Assembly (NCBI RefSeq): GCF_009914755.1
Contig: NC_060933.1
Reading direction: 5' to 3' (one strand)
DNA: 64,000 bases
Source of the DNA: the human T2T-CHM13v2.0 reference genome, Homo sapiens
Shown here: piece after piece, positions 1 through 13,110 of the stretch
How the letters are laid out: the number at the start of each line of letters is the position of its first letter
Position numbering within the stretch: position 1 is the stretch's first letter
Translations under genes and position numbers: made by a program
Notes under the pieces: model-generated
What the model was told of the DNA's origin: nothing
Database searches by the model: none
What the model saw: only the letters and a program-made list of their open reading frames with translations

Positions 1-153
1 TATCTGCAAATAAAAACTAGACAGAAGCATTCTCAGAAACTTATTTGCGATGTGTGTCCTCAACTAACAGAGTTGAACCTTTGTTTTGATACAACATTTT
101 GGAACCACTCTTTTTGTAGAATCTGCAAGTGGATATTTGGATAGCTTTGAAGG

Positions 154-170
154 TTTCGTTGGAAACGGGA
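154..170 (+). promoter_or_regulatory. CENP-B box (representative of class-C monomers, repeated through the array)
   Basis: TTTCGTTGGAAACGGGA matches the YTTCGTTGGAARCGGGA consensus. Confidence 0.95.
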
Positions 171-1007
171 ATATCTTCATATAAAATCAAGACAGAAGCA
201 TGCTCAGAAACTTCTCTGTGATGTTTGCATTCAACTCATAGAGGTGAACACTTCCCTTCATAGAGCAGGTTAGAAACACTCTTTTTGTAATATTTGGAAG
301 TGGACATTTGCAGCGCTTTGAGGCCTATGTTGAAAAAGGAAATATCTTCTCCTAAAAACCAGACAGAAGCATTCTCAGAAACTTCCTTCTGATGTGTGTA
401 CTCAAGTAACAGAGTTGAACCTTCCTTTTGCCAGAGCAGTTTTGAAGCACTCTTTTTGTAGAATCTGCAAGTGGATATTTTGATACCTTTGAGGATTTCG
501 TTGGACATGGGATATCTTCATATAAAATCTAGACAGAAGCATTCGCAGACACTTCTTTGTGCTGTATATCCTCAATTAACAGAGTTGAACCTTTGTTTCG
601 ATACGGCATTTTGGAAACATTCCTTTAGTAGAATCTGCAAGTTCATATTTAGATAGCTAGGAAGATTTCCTTGCAAACGGGAATATCTTCATATAAAATC
701 TAGACGGAAGCATTCTCAGAAAGTGCTTTGTGATGTTTGCATTCAAGTCACAGAGTTGAATATTCCCTTTTATAGAGCAGGTTTGAAACACTCTTTCTGC
801 ACTACCTGGAAGTGGACATTTGGAGCGCTTTGAGGCCTATGTTGAAAAAGGAAATATCTTCCCATAAAAACTAGACAGAAGCATTCTCAGAAGCTTGTTT
901 GTGATGTGTGTATTCAACTAACAGAGATGAACCTTTCTTTTTACAGAGCAATTTTGAAACACTCCTTTTGTGGAATCTGAAAGTGGATATTTGGATAGCT
1001 TTGAGGA

Positions 1008-1024
1008 TTTCGTTGGAAACGGGA
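1008..1024 (+). promoter_or_regulatory. CENP-B box (representative of class-A 167-bp monomers)
   Basis: TTTCGTTGGAAACGGGA followed by TTACATATAAAA. Confidence 0.95.
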
Positions 1025-4000
1025 TTACATATAAAACCTAGAGAGAAGCATTCTCAGGAACTTCTTTGTGATGTTTGCATTCACGTCACAGAACTGAACA
1101 TTCCCTTTCATAGAGCATGTTTGAAACACTCTTTCTGTAGTATCTGCAAACGGACATTACAAGCGCTTTCAGGCCTATGGTGAGAAAGGAAATATCTTCA
1201 AATAAAAACTAGACAGAAGCATTCTCAGAAACTTATTTGCGATGTGTGTCCTCAACTAACAGAGTTGAACCTTTCTTTTGATACAACATTTTGGAAACAC
1301 TCTTTTTGTAGAATCTGCAAGTGGATATTTGGATAGCTTTGAAGATTTCGTTGGAAACGGGAATATCTTCATATAAAATCAAGACAGAAGCATTCTCAGA
1401 AACTTCTCTGTGATGTTTGCATTCAACTCATAGAGTTGAACACTTCCCTTCATACAGCAGGTTTGAAACACTCTTTTTGTAATATTTGGAAGTGGACATT
1501 TGCAGCGCTTTGAGGCCTATGTTGAAAAAGGAAATATCTTCTCCTAAAAACCAGACAGAAGCATTCTCAGAAACTTCCTTGTGATGTGTGTACTCAAGTA
1601 ACAGAGTTGAACCTTACTTTTGACAGAGCCGTTTTGAAACAGTCTTTTTGTAGAATCTGGAAGTAGATATTTGGATACCTTTGAGGATTTCTTTGGAAAC
1701 GGGATGTCTTCATATAACATCTAGACAGAAGCATTCTCAGAAACTTCTTTGTGCTGTATGTCCTCAATTAACAGAGTTGAACCTTTGTGTGGATACAGCA
1801 TTTTGGAAACACTCTTTTTGTAGAATCTGCAAGTTGATATTTAGATAGCTAGGAAGATTTCCTTGGAAACGGGAATATCTTCACATAAAATCTAGACGGA
1901 AGCATTCTCAGAAACTGCTTTGTGATGTCTTCATTCAAGTCACGGAGCAGAATGTTCCCTTTTATAGAGCAGGTTTGAAACACTCAGTGCACTACCTGGA
2001 AGTGGACATTTGGAGCGCTTTGAGGCCTATGTTGAAAAAGGAAATATCTTCCCATAGAAACTAGACAGAAGCATTCTCAGAAACTTGTTTGTGATGTGGT
2101 TATTCAACTGAGATGAACCTTTCTTTTTACAGAGCAGTTTTGAAACACTCTTTTTGTGGAATCTGAAAGTGGATATTTGGATAGCTTTGAGGATTTCGTT
2201 GGAAACGGGATTACATATAAAATCTAGGGAGAAGCATTCTCAGGAACTTCTTTGTGATGTTTGCATTCAAGTCACAGAACTGAACATTCCCTTTCATAGA
2301 GCAGGTGTGAAACACTCTTTCTGTAGTATCTGCAAGCTGACGTTTCAAGCGCTTTCAGGCCTATGGTGAGAAAGGAAATATCTTCAAGTAAAAACTAGAC
2401 AGAAACATTCTCAGAAACTTATTTGCCATGTGTGTTCTCAACTAACAGAGTTGAACCTTTGTTTTGATACGGCATTTTGGAAACACTCTTTTTGTAGAAT
2501 CTGCAAGTGGATATTAGGATAGCTTTTAAGGTTTCGTTGGAAACGGGAATATCTTCATATAAAATCAAGACAGAAGCATTCTCAGAAACTTCTCTGTGAT
2601 GTTTGCATTCAACTCATAGAGTTGAACACTTCCCTTCATACAGCAGGTTTGAAACACTCTTTTTCTAATATTTGGAAGTGGACATTTGCAGCAATTTGAG
2701 GCCTATGTTGAAAAAGGAAATATCTTCTCCTAAAAACCAGACAGAAGCATTCTCAGAAACTTCCTTGTGATGTGTGTACTCAAGTAACAGAGTTGAACCT
2801 TCCTTTTGACAGAGCAGTTTTGAAGCACTCTTTTTGTAGAATCTGCAAGTGGATATTTTGATACCTTTGTGGATTTCGTTGGACACGGGATATCTTCATA
2901 TAAAATCTAGACAGAAGCATTCTCAGAAACTTCTTTGTGCTGTATGTCCTCAATTAACAGAGTTGAACCTTTGTGTGGATACAGCATTTTGGAAACATTC
3001 CTTTAGTAGAATCTGCAAGTTGATATTTAGATAGCTAGGAAGATTTCCTTGGAAACGGGAATATCTTCATATAAAATCTAGACGGAAGCATTCTCAGAAA
3101 CTGCTTTGTGATGTCTTCATTCAAGTCACAGAGTAGAATGTTCCCTTTTATAGAGCAGGTTTGAAACACTCTGTGCACTACCTGGAAGTGGACATTGGGT
3201 GCGCTTTGAGGCCTATGTTGAAAAAGGAAATATCTTCCCATCAAAACTAGACAGAAGCATTCTCAGAAACTTGTTTGTGATGTGTGTATTCAACTAACAG
3301 AGATGAACCTTTCTTTTTACAGAGCAGTTTTGAAACACTCTTTTTGTGGAATCTGAAAGTGGATATTTGGATGGCTTTGAGGATTTCGTTGGAAACGGGA
3401 TTACATATAAAACCTAGAGAGAAGCATTCTCAGGAACTTCTTTGTGATGTTTGCATTCAAGTCACAGAACTGAACATTCCCTTTCATAGAGCAGGTTTGA
3501 AACACTCTTTCTGCACTACCTGGAGGTGGACATTTGGAGCGCTTTGAGTCCTATGTTGAAAAAGGAAATATCTTCCCATAAAAACTGGACAGAACCATTC
3601 TCAGAAACTTATTTGCGATGTGTGTCCTCAACTAACAGAGTTGAACCTTTGTTTTGATACAGCATTTTGGAAACACTCTTTTTGTAGGATCTGCAGGTGG
3701 ATATTTGGATAGCTTTTAAGGTTTCGTTGGAAACGGGAATATCTTCATATAAAATCAAGACAGAAGCATTCTCAGAAACTTCTCTGTGATGTTTGCATTC
3801 AACTCATAGAGTTGAACACTTCCTTTCATAGAGCAGGTTTGAAACACTCTGTGCACTACCTGGAAGTGGACATTTGGAGCGCTTTGAGGCCTATGTTGAA
3901 AAAGGAAATATCTTCCCATAAAAACTAGACAGAAGCATTCTCAGAAACTTGTTTGTGATGTGTGTATTCAACTAACGGAGATGAACCTTTCTTTTTACAG

Positions 4001-7000
4001 AGCCGTTTTGAAACACTCTTTTTGTAGAATCTGCAAGTAGATATTTCGATACCTTTGAGGATTTCTTTGGAAACGGGATATCTTCATATAAAATCTAGAC
4101 AGAAGCATTCTCAGAAACTTCTTTGTGCTGTATGTCTTCAATTAACAGAGTTGAACCTTTGTTTGGATACAGCATTTTGGAAACGTTCCTTTAGTAGAAT
4201 CTGCAAGTTGATATTTAGATAGCTAGGAAGATTTCCTTGGAAACGGGAATATCTTCACATAAAATCTAGACGGAAGCATTCTCAGAAAGTGCTTTGTGAT
4301 GTTTGCATTCAAGTCACAGAGTTGAATATTCCCTTTTATAGAGCAGGTTTGAAACACTCTTTCTGCACTACCTGGAGGTGGACATTTAGAGCGCTTTGAG
4401 GCCTATGTTGAAAAAGGAAATATCTTCCCATAAAAACTAGACAGAAGCATTCTCAGAAACTTGTTTGTGATGTGTGTATTCAACTAACAGAGATGAACCT
4501 TTCTTTTTACAGAGCAGTTTTGAAACACTCTTTTTGTGGAATCTGAAAGTGGATATTTGGATAGCTTTGAGGATTTCGTTGGAAACGGGATTACATATAA
4601 AATCTAGAGAGAAGCATTCTCAGGAACTTCTTTGTGATGTTTGCATTCAAGTAACAGAACTGAACATTCCCTTTCATAGAGCCGGTTTGAAACACTCTTT
4701 CTGTAGTATCTGCAAGCTGACGTTTCAAGCGCTTTCAGGCCTATGGTGAGAAAGGAAATATCTTCAAGTAAAAACTAGACAGAAGCATTCTCAGAAACTT
4801 ATTTGCCATGTGTGTTCTCAACTAACAGAGTTGAACCTTTGTTTTGATACAGCATTTTGGAAACACTCTTTTTGTAGGATCTACAGGTGGATATTTGGAT
4901 AGCTTTTAAGGTTTCGTTGGAAACGGGAATATCTTCATATAAAATCAAGACAGAAGCATTCTCAGAAACTTCTCTGTGATGTTTGCATTCAACTCATAGA
5001 GTTGAAGACTTCCTTTCATAGAGCCGGTTTGAAACACTCTGTGCACTACCTGGAAGTGGACATTTCGAGCGCTTTGAGGCCTATGTTGAAAAAGGAAATA
5101 TCTTCCCATAAAAACTAGACAGAAGCATTCTCAGAAACTTGTTTGTGATGTGTGTATTCAACTAACAGATATGAACCTTTCTTTTTACAGAGCAGTTTTG
5201 AAACACTCTTTTTGTGGAATCTGAAAGTGGATATTTGGATAGCTTTGAGGATTTCGTTGGAAACGGGATTACATATAAAATCTAGGGAGAAGCATTCTCA
5301 GGAACTTCTTTGTGATGTTTGCATTCAAGTCACAGAACTGAACATTCCCTTTCATAGAGCAGGTTTGAAACACTGTTTCTGTAGTATCTGCAAACGGACA
5401 TTCCAAGCGCTTTCAGGCCTATGGTGAGAAAGGAAATATCTTCAAATAAAAACCAGACAGAAGCATTCTCAGAAACTTATTTGTGATGTGTGTCCTCAAC
5501 TAACAGAGTTGAACCTTTCTATTGATACAACATTTTGGAAACACTCTTTTTGTAGAATCTGCAGGTGGATATTCGGATAGCTTTGAAGGTTTCGTTGGAA
5601 ACGGGAATATCTTCATATAAAATCAAGACAGAAGCATTCTCAGAAACTTCTCTGTGATGTTTGCATTCAACTCATAGAGGTGAACACTTCCCTTCATAGA
5701 GCAGGTTTGAAACACTCTTTTTGTAATATTTGGAAGTGGACATTTGCAGCGCTTTGAGGCCTATGTTGAAAAAGGAAATATCTTCTCCTAAAAACCAGAC
5801 AGAAGCATTCTCAGAAACTTCCTTGTAATGTGTGTACTCAAGTAACAGAGTTGAACCTTCCTTTTGACAGAGCCGTTTTGAAACACTCTTTTTGTAGAAT
5901 CTGCAAGTAGATATTTGGATACCTTTGAGGATTTCTTTGGAAACGGGCTATCTTCATATTAAATCTAGACAGAAGCATTCTCAGAAACTTCTTTGTGCTG
6001 TATGTCTTCAATTAACAGAGTTGAACCTTTGTTTGGATACAGCATTTTGGAAACGTTCCTTTAGTAGAATCTGCAAGTTGATATTTAGATAGCTAGGAAG
6101 ATTTCCTTGGAAACGGGAATATCTTCACATAAAATCTAGACGGAAGCATTCTCAGAAAGTGCTTTGTGATGTTTGCATTCAAGTCACAGAGTTGAATATT
6201 CCCTTTTATAGAGCAGGTTTGAAACACTCTTTCTGCACTACCTGGAGGTGGACATTTAGAGCGCTTTGAGGCCTATGTTGAAAAAGGAAATATCTTCCCA
6301 TAAAAACTAGACAGAAGCATTCTCAGAAACTTCTTTGTGATGTGTGTCTTCAACTAACAGAGATGAACCTTTCTTTTTACAGAGCAGTTTTGAAACACTC
6401 TTTTTGTGGAATCTGAAAGTGGATATTTGGATAGCTTTGAGGATTTCGTTGGAAACGGGATTACATATAAAATCTAGAGAGAAGCATTCTCAGGAACTTC
6501 TTTGTGATGTTTGCATTCAAGTAACAGAACTGAACATTCCCTTTCATAGAGCCGGTTTGAAACACTCTTTCTGTAGTATCTGCAAGCGGACGTTTCAAGC
6601 GCTTTCAGGCCTATGGTGAGAAAGGAAATATCTTCAAGTAAAAACTAGACAGAAGCATTCTCAGAAACTTATTTGCCATGTGTGTTCTCAACTAACAGAG
6701 TTGAACCTTTGTTTTGATACGGCATTTTGGAAACACTCTTTTTGTAGAATCTGCAGGTTGATATTCGGAAAGCTTTGAAGGTTTCGTTGGAAACGGGAAT
6801 ATCTTCATATAAAATCTAGACGGAAGCATTCTCAGAAACTGCTTTGTGATGTTTTCATTCAAGTCACAGAGTAGAATGTTCCCTTTTATATACCAGGTTT
6901 GAGACACTCTTTCTGCACTACCTGGAAGTGGACATTTGCAGCGCTTTGAGGCCTATGATGAAAAAGGAAATATCTTCCCATAAAAACTAGACAGAAGCAT

Positions 7001-10000
7001 TCTCAGAAACTTCTTTGTGATGTGTGTATTCAACTAACAGAGATGAACCTTTCTTTTTACAGAGCAGTTTTGAAACACTCTTTTTGTGGAATCTGAAAGT
7101 GGATATTTGGATAGCTTTGAGGATTTCGTTGGAAACGGGATTACATATAAAATCTAGAGAGAAGCATTCTCAGGAACTTCTTTGTGATGTTTGCATTCAA
7201 GTCACAGAACTGAACATTCCCTTTCATAGAGCAGGTTTGAAACACTCTTTCTGTAGTATCTGCAAGCGGACGTTTCAAGCGCTTTCAGGCCTGTGGAGAA
7301 AAAGGAAATATCTTCAAATAAAAACTAGACGGAAGCATTCTCAGAAACTTATTTGCGATGTGTGTCCTCAACTAACAGAGTTGAACCTTTGTTTTGATAC
7401 AGCATTTTGGAAACACTCTTTTTGTAGGATCTGCAGGTGGATATTTGGATAGCTTTTAAGGTTTCGTTGGAAACGGGAATATCTTCATATAAAATCAAGA
7501 CAGAAGCATTCTCAGAAACTTCTCTGTGATGTTTGCATTCAACTCATAGAGTTGAACACTTCCTTTCATACAGCAGGTTTTAAACACTCTTTTTGTAATA
7601 TTTGGAAGTGGACATTTGCAGCGCTTTGAGGCCTATGTTGAAAAAGGAAATATCTTCTCCTAAAAACCAGACAGAAGCATTCTCAGAAACTTCCTTGTGA
7701 TGTGTGTACTCAAGTAACAGAGTTGAACCTTACTTTTGACAGAGCCGTTTTGAAACAGCCTTTTTGTAGAATCTGGAAGTAGATATTTGGATACCTTTGA
7801 GGATTTCTTTGGAAACGGGATATCTTCATATAAAATCTAGACAGAAGCATTCTCAGAAACTTCTTTGTGCTGTAGGTCCTCAATTAACAGAGTTGAACCT
7901 TTGTGTGGATACAGCATTTTGGAAACATTCCTTTAGTAGAATCTGCAAGTTGATATTTAGATAGCTAGGAAGATTTCCTTGGAAACGGGAATATCTTCAT
8001 ATAAAATCTAGACGGAAGCATTCTCAGAAACTGCTTTGTGATGTCTTCATTCAAGTCACAGAGTAGAATGTTCCCTTTTATAGAGCAGGTTTGAAACACT
8101 CTGTGCACTACCTGGAAGTGGACATTGGGTGCGCTTTGAGGCCTATGTTGAAAAAGGAAATATCTTCCCATAAAAACTAGACAGAAGCATTCTCAGAAAC
8201 TTGTTTGTGATGTGTGTATTCAACTAACAGAGATGAACCTTTCTTTTTACAGAGCAGTTTTGAAACACTCTTTTTGTGGAGTCTGAAAGTAGATATTTGG
8301 ATGGCTTTGAGGATTTCGTTGGAAACGGGATTACATATAAAACCTAGAGAGAAGCATTCTCAGGAACTTCTTTGTGATGTTTGCATTCAAGTCACAGAAC
8401 TGAACATTCCCTTTCATAGAGCAGGTTTGAAACACTCTTTCTGCACTACCTGGAGGTGGACATTTGGAGCGCTTTGAGGCCTATGTTGAAAAAGGAAATA
8501 TCTTCCCATAAAAACTGGACAGAACCATTCTCAGAAACTTATTTGCGATGTGTGTCCTCAACTAACAGAGTTGAACCTTTGTTTTGATACAGCATTTTGG
8601 AAACACTCTTTTTGTAGGATCTGCAGGTGGATATTTGGATAGCTTTTAAGGTTTCGTTGGAAACGGGAATATCTTCATATAAAATCAAGACAGAAGCATT
8701 CTCAGAAACTTCTCTGTGATGTTTGCATTCAACTCATAGAGTTGAAGACTTCCTTTCACAGAGCCGGTTGGAAACACTCTGTGCACTACCTGGAAGTGGA
8801 CATTTGGAGCGCTTTGAGGCCTATGTTGAAAAAGGAAATATCTTCCCATAAAAACTAGACAGAAGCATTCTCAGAAACTTGTTTGTGATGTGTGTATTCA
8901 ACTAACAGAGATGAACCTTTCTTTTTACAGAGCAGTTTTGAAACACTCTTTCTGTGGAATCTGAAAGTGGATATTTGGATAGCTTTGAGGATTTCGTTGG
9001 AAACGGGATTACATATAGAATCTAGGGAGAAGCATTCTGAGGAACTTCTTTGTGATGTTTGCATTCAAGTCACAGAACTGAACATTCCCTTTCATAGAGC
9101 AGGTTTGAAACACTCTTTCTGTAGTATCTGCAAGCGGACGTTTCAAACGCTTTCAGGCCTGTGGTGAAAAAGGAAATATCTTCAAATAAAAACTAGACAG
9201 AAGCATTCTCAGAAACTTATTTGCGATGTGTGTTCTCAACTAACAGAGTTGAACCTTTGTTTTGATACAGCATTTTGGAAACACTCTTTTTGTAGAATCT
9301 GCGGGTGGATATTTGGATAGCTTTGAAGGTTTCGTTGGAAACGGGAATATCTTCATATAAAATCAAGACAGAAGCATTCTCAGAAACTTCTTTGTGATGT
9401 TTGCATTCAACTCATAGAGTTGAACAATTCCTTTCATAGAGCTGGTTTGAAATACTCTTTTTGTAATATTTGGAAGTGGACATTGGCAGCGCTTTGAAGC
9501 TTATGGTGAAAAAGGAGATATCTTCTCCTAAATACCAGACAGAAGCATTCTCAGAATCTTTCTTGTGATGTGTGTACTCAAGTAACAGAGTTGAACCTTC
9601 CTTTTGACAGAGCAGTTTTGAAGCACTCTTTTTGTAGAATCTGCAAGTGGATATTTTGATACCTTTGAGGATTTCGTTGGACACGGGATATCTTCATATA
9701 AAATCTAGACAGAAGCATTCTCAGACACTTCTTTGTGCTGTATGTCCTCAATTAACAGAGTTGAACCTTTGTGTGGATACAGCATTTTGGAAACATTCCT
9801 TTAGTAGAATCTGCAAGTTGATATTTAGATAGCTAGGAAGATTTCCTTGGAAACGGGAATATCTTCATATAAAATCTAGACGGAAGCATTCTCAGAAAGT
9901 GCTTTGTGATGTTTGCATTCAAGTCACAGAGTTGAATATTCCCTTTTATAGAGCAGGTTTGAAACACTCTTTCTGCACTACCTGGAAGTGGACATTTGGA

Positions 10001-13000
10001 GCGCTTTGAGGCCTATGTTGAAAAAGGAAATATCTTCCCATAAAAACTAGACAGAAGCATTCTCAGAAACTTGTTTGTGATGTGTGTATTCAACTAACAG
10101 AGATGAACCTTTCTTTTTACAGAGCAGTTTTGAAACACTCTTTTTGTGGAATCTGAAAGTGGATATTTGGATAGCTTTGAGGATTTCGTTGGAAACGGGA
10201 TTACATATAAAATCTAGAGAGAAGCATTCTCAGGAACTTCTTTGTGATGTTTGCATTCACGTCACAGAACTGAACATTCCCTTTCATAGAGCATGTTTGA
10301 AACACTCTTTCTGTAGTATCTGCAAAGGGACATTTCAAACGCTTTCAGGCCTATGGTGAGAAAGGAAATATCTTCAAATAAAAACTAGACAGAAGCATTC
10401 TCAGAAACTTATTTGCGATGTGTGTCCTCAACTAACAGAGTTGAACCTTTCTTTTGATACAACATTTTGGAAACACTCTTTTTGTAGAATCTGCAAGTGG
10501 ATATTTGGATAGCTTTGAAGGTTTCGTTGGAAACGGGAATATCTTCATATAAAATCAAGACAGAAGCATTCTCAGAAACTTCTCTGTGATGTTTGCATTC
10601 AACTCATAGAGTTGAACACTTCCCTTCATACAGCAGGTTTGAAACACTCTTTTTGTAATATTTGGAAGTGGACATTTGCAGCGCTTTGAGGCCTATGTTG
10701 AAAAAGGAAATATCTTCTCCTAAAAACCAGACAGAAGCATTCTCAGAAACTTCCTTGTGATGTGTGTACTCAAGTAACAGAGTTGAACCTTACTTTTGAC
10801 AGAGCCGTTTTGAAACAGTCTTTTTGTAGAATCTGGAAGTAGATATTTGGATACCTTTGAGGATTTCTTTGGAAACGGGATATCTTCATATAAAATCTAG
10901 ACAGAAGCATTCTCAGAAACTTCTTTGTGCTGTATATCCTCAATTAACAGAGTTGAACCTTTGTGTGGATACAGCATTTTGGAAACACTCCTTTAGTAGA
11001 ATCTGCAAGTTGATATTTAGATAGCTAGGAAGATTTCCTTGGAAACGGGAATATCTTCACATAAAATCTAGACGGAAGCATTCTCAGAAACTGCTTTGTG
11101 ATGTCTTCATTCAAGTCACAGAGCAGAATGTTCCCTTTTATAGAGCAGGTTTGAAACACTCAGTGCACTACCTGGAAGTGGACATTTGGAGCGCTTTGAG
11201 GCCTATGTTGAAAAAGGAAATATCTTCCCATAGAAACTAGACAGAAGCATTCTCAGAAACTTGTTTGTGATGTGGTTATTCAACTGAGATGAACCTTTCT
11301 TTTTACAGAGCAGTTTTGAAACACTCTTTTTGTGGAATCTGAAAGTGGATATTTGGATAGCTTTGAGGATTTCGTTGGAAACGGGATTACATATAAAATC
11401 TAGGGAGAAGCATTCTCAGGAACTTCTTTGTGATGTTTGCATTCAAGTCACAGAACTGAACATTCCCTTTCATAGAGCAGGTGTGAAACACTCTTTCTGT
11501 AGTATCTGCAAGCTGACGTTTCAAGCGCTTTCAGGCCTATGGTGAGAAAGGAAATATCTTCAAGTAAAAACTAGACAGAAACATTCTCAGAAACTTATTT
11601 GCCATGTGTGTTCTCAACTAACAGAGTTGAACCTTTGTTTTGATACGGCATTTTGGAAACACTCTTTTTGTAGAATCTGCAGGTGGATATTCGAATAGCT
11701 TTGAAGGTTTCGTTGGAAACGGGAATATCTTCATATAAAATCTAGACGGAAGCATTCTCAGAAACTGCTTTGTAATGTTTTCATTCAAGTCACAGAGTAG
11801 AATGTTCCCTTTTATATACCAGGTTTGAGACACTCTTTCTGCACTACATGGAAGTGGACATTTGGAGCGCTTTGAGGCCTATGATGAAAAAGGAAATATC
11901 TTCCCATAAAAACTAGACAGAAGCATTCTCAGAAACTTGTTTGTGATGTGTGTATTCAACTAACAGAGATGAACCTTTCTTTTTACAGAGCAGTTTTGAA
12001 ACACTCTTTTTGTGGAATCTGAAAGTGGATATGTGGATAGCTTTGACGATTTCGTTGGAAACGGGATTACATATAAAATCTAGAGAGAAGCATTCTCAGG
12101 AATTTCTTTGTGATGTTTGCATTCAAGTCACAGAACTGAACATTCCCTTTCATAGAGCATGTTTGAAACACTCTTTCTGTAGTATCTGCAAGCGGACATT
12201 TCAAGCGCTTTCAGGCCTATGGTGAGAAAGGAATTATCTTCAAATAAAAACTAGACAGAAGCATTCTCAGAAACTTATTTGCGATGTGTGTCCTCAACTA
12301 ACAGAGTTGAACCTTTGTTTTGATACAACATTTTGCAAACACTCTTTTGGGAGAATCTGCAGGTGAATACTTGGATAGCTTTGAAGGTTTCTTTAGAAAC
12401 GGGAATATCTTCATATAAAATCAAAACAGAAGCATTCTCAGAAACTTCTCTGTGATGTTTGCATTCAACTCATAGAGTTGAACACTTCCTTTCATAGAGC
12501 ACGTTTGAAACACTCTTTGTGATATTCGGAAGTGGACTTTAGCACCGCTTTGAGGCCGATGGTGAAAAAGGTAATATCTTCTCCTAAAAACCAGACAGAA
12601 GCATTTTCAGAAACTTCCTTGTGATGAGTGTACTCAAATAACAGAGTTGAACCTTCCTTTTACAGAGCCGTTTTGAAACACTCTTTTTGTAGAATCTGCA
12701 AGTAGATATTTGGATACCTTTGAGGATTTCTTTGGAAACGGGATATCTTCATATAAAATCTAGACAGAAGCATTCTCAGAAACTTCTTCTTGCTGTGTGT
12801 CCTCCATTAACAGAGTTGAACCTTTGTGTGGATACAGCATTTTGGAAACATTCCTTTAGTAGAATCTGCAAGTTGATATTTAGATAGCTAGGAAGATATC
12901 CTTGGAAACGGGAATATCTTCATATAAAATCTAGACGGAAGCATTCTCAGAAACTGCTTTGTGATGTCTTCATTCAAGTCACAGAGTAGAATGTTCCCTT

Positions 13001-13110
13001 TTATAGAGCAGGTTTGAAACACTCTGTGCACTACGTGGAAGTGGACATTGGGAGCGCTTTGAGGCCTATGTTGAAAAAGGAAATATCTTCCCATAAAAAC
13101 TAGACAGAAG

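Larger units (their letters stand above)
1..9556 (+). repeat. Copy 1 (window-truncated) of a near-identical duplicated block
   Basis: Every ORF from 236 to 8892 recurs with identical translation at +20,897. Private variants such as ATATCTGCAAA, GCATGCTCAG, ATTCGCAGAC and CCCATCAAAA are shared. Confidence 0.95.

Noticed and set aside
178-187. TATA-like CATATAAAAT motifs and short palindromes (AGCGCT, AGGCCT, TCTAGA)
   Set aside because: They are ordinary parts of the alpha-satellite consensus, with no evidence of promoter function here.
7024-7452. Longer 142-aa ORFs with Cys/His residues (also at 27921, 36075 and 39817)
   Set aside because: They arise from a TGA>AGA read-through SNV. The Cys/His content reflects TGT/CAT-rich satellite sequence and shows no zinc-finger spacing.
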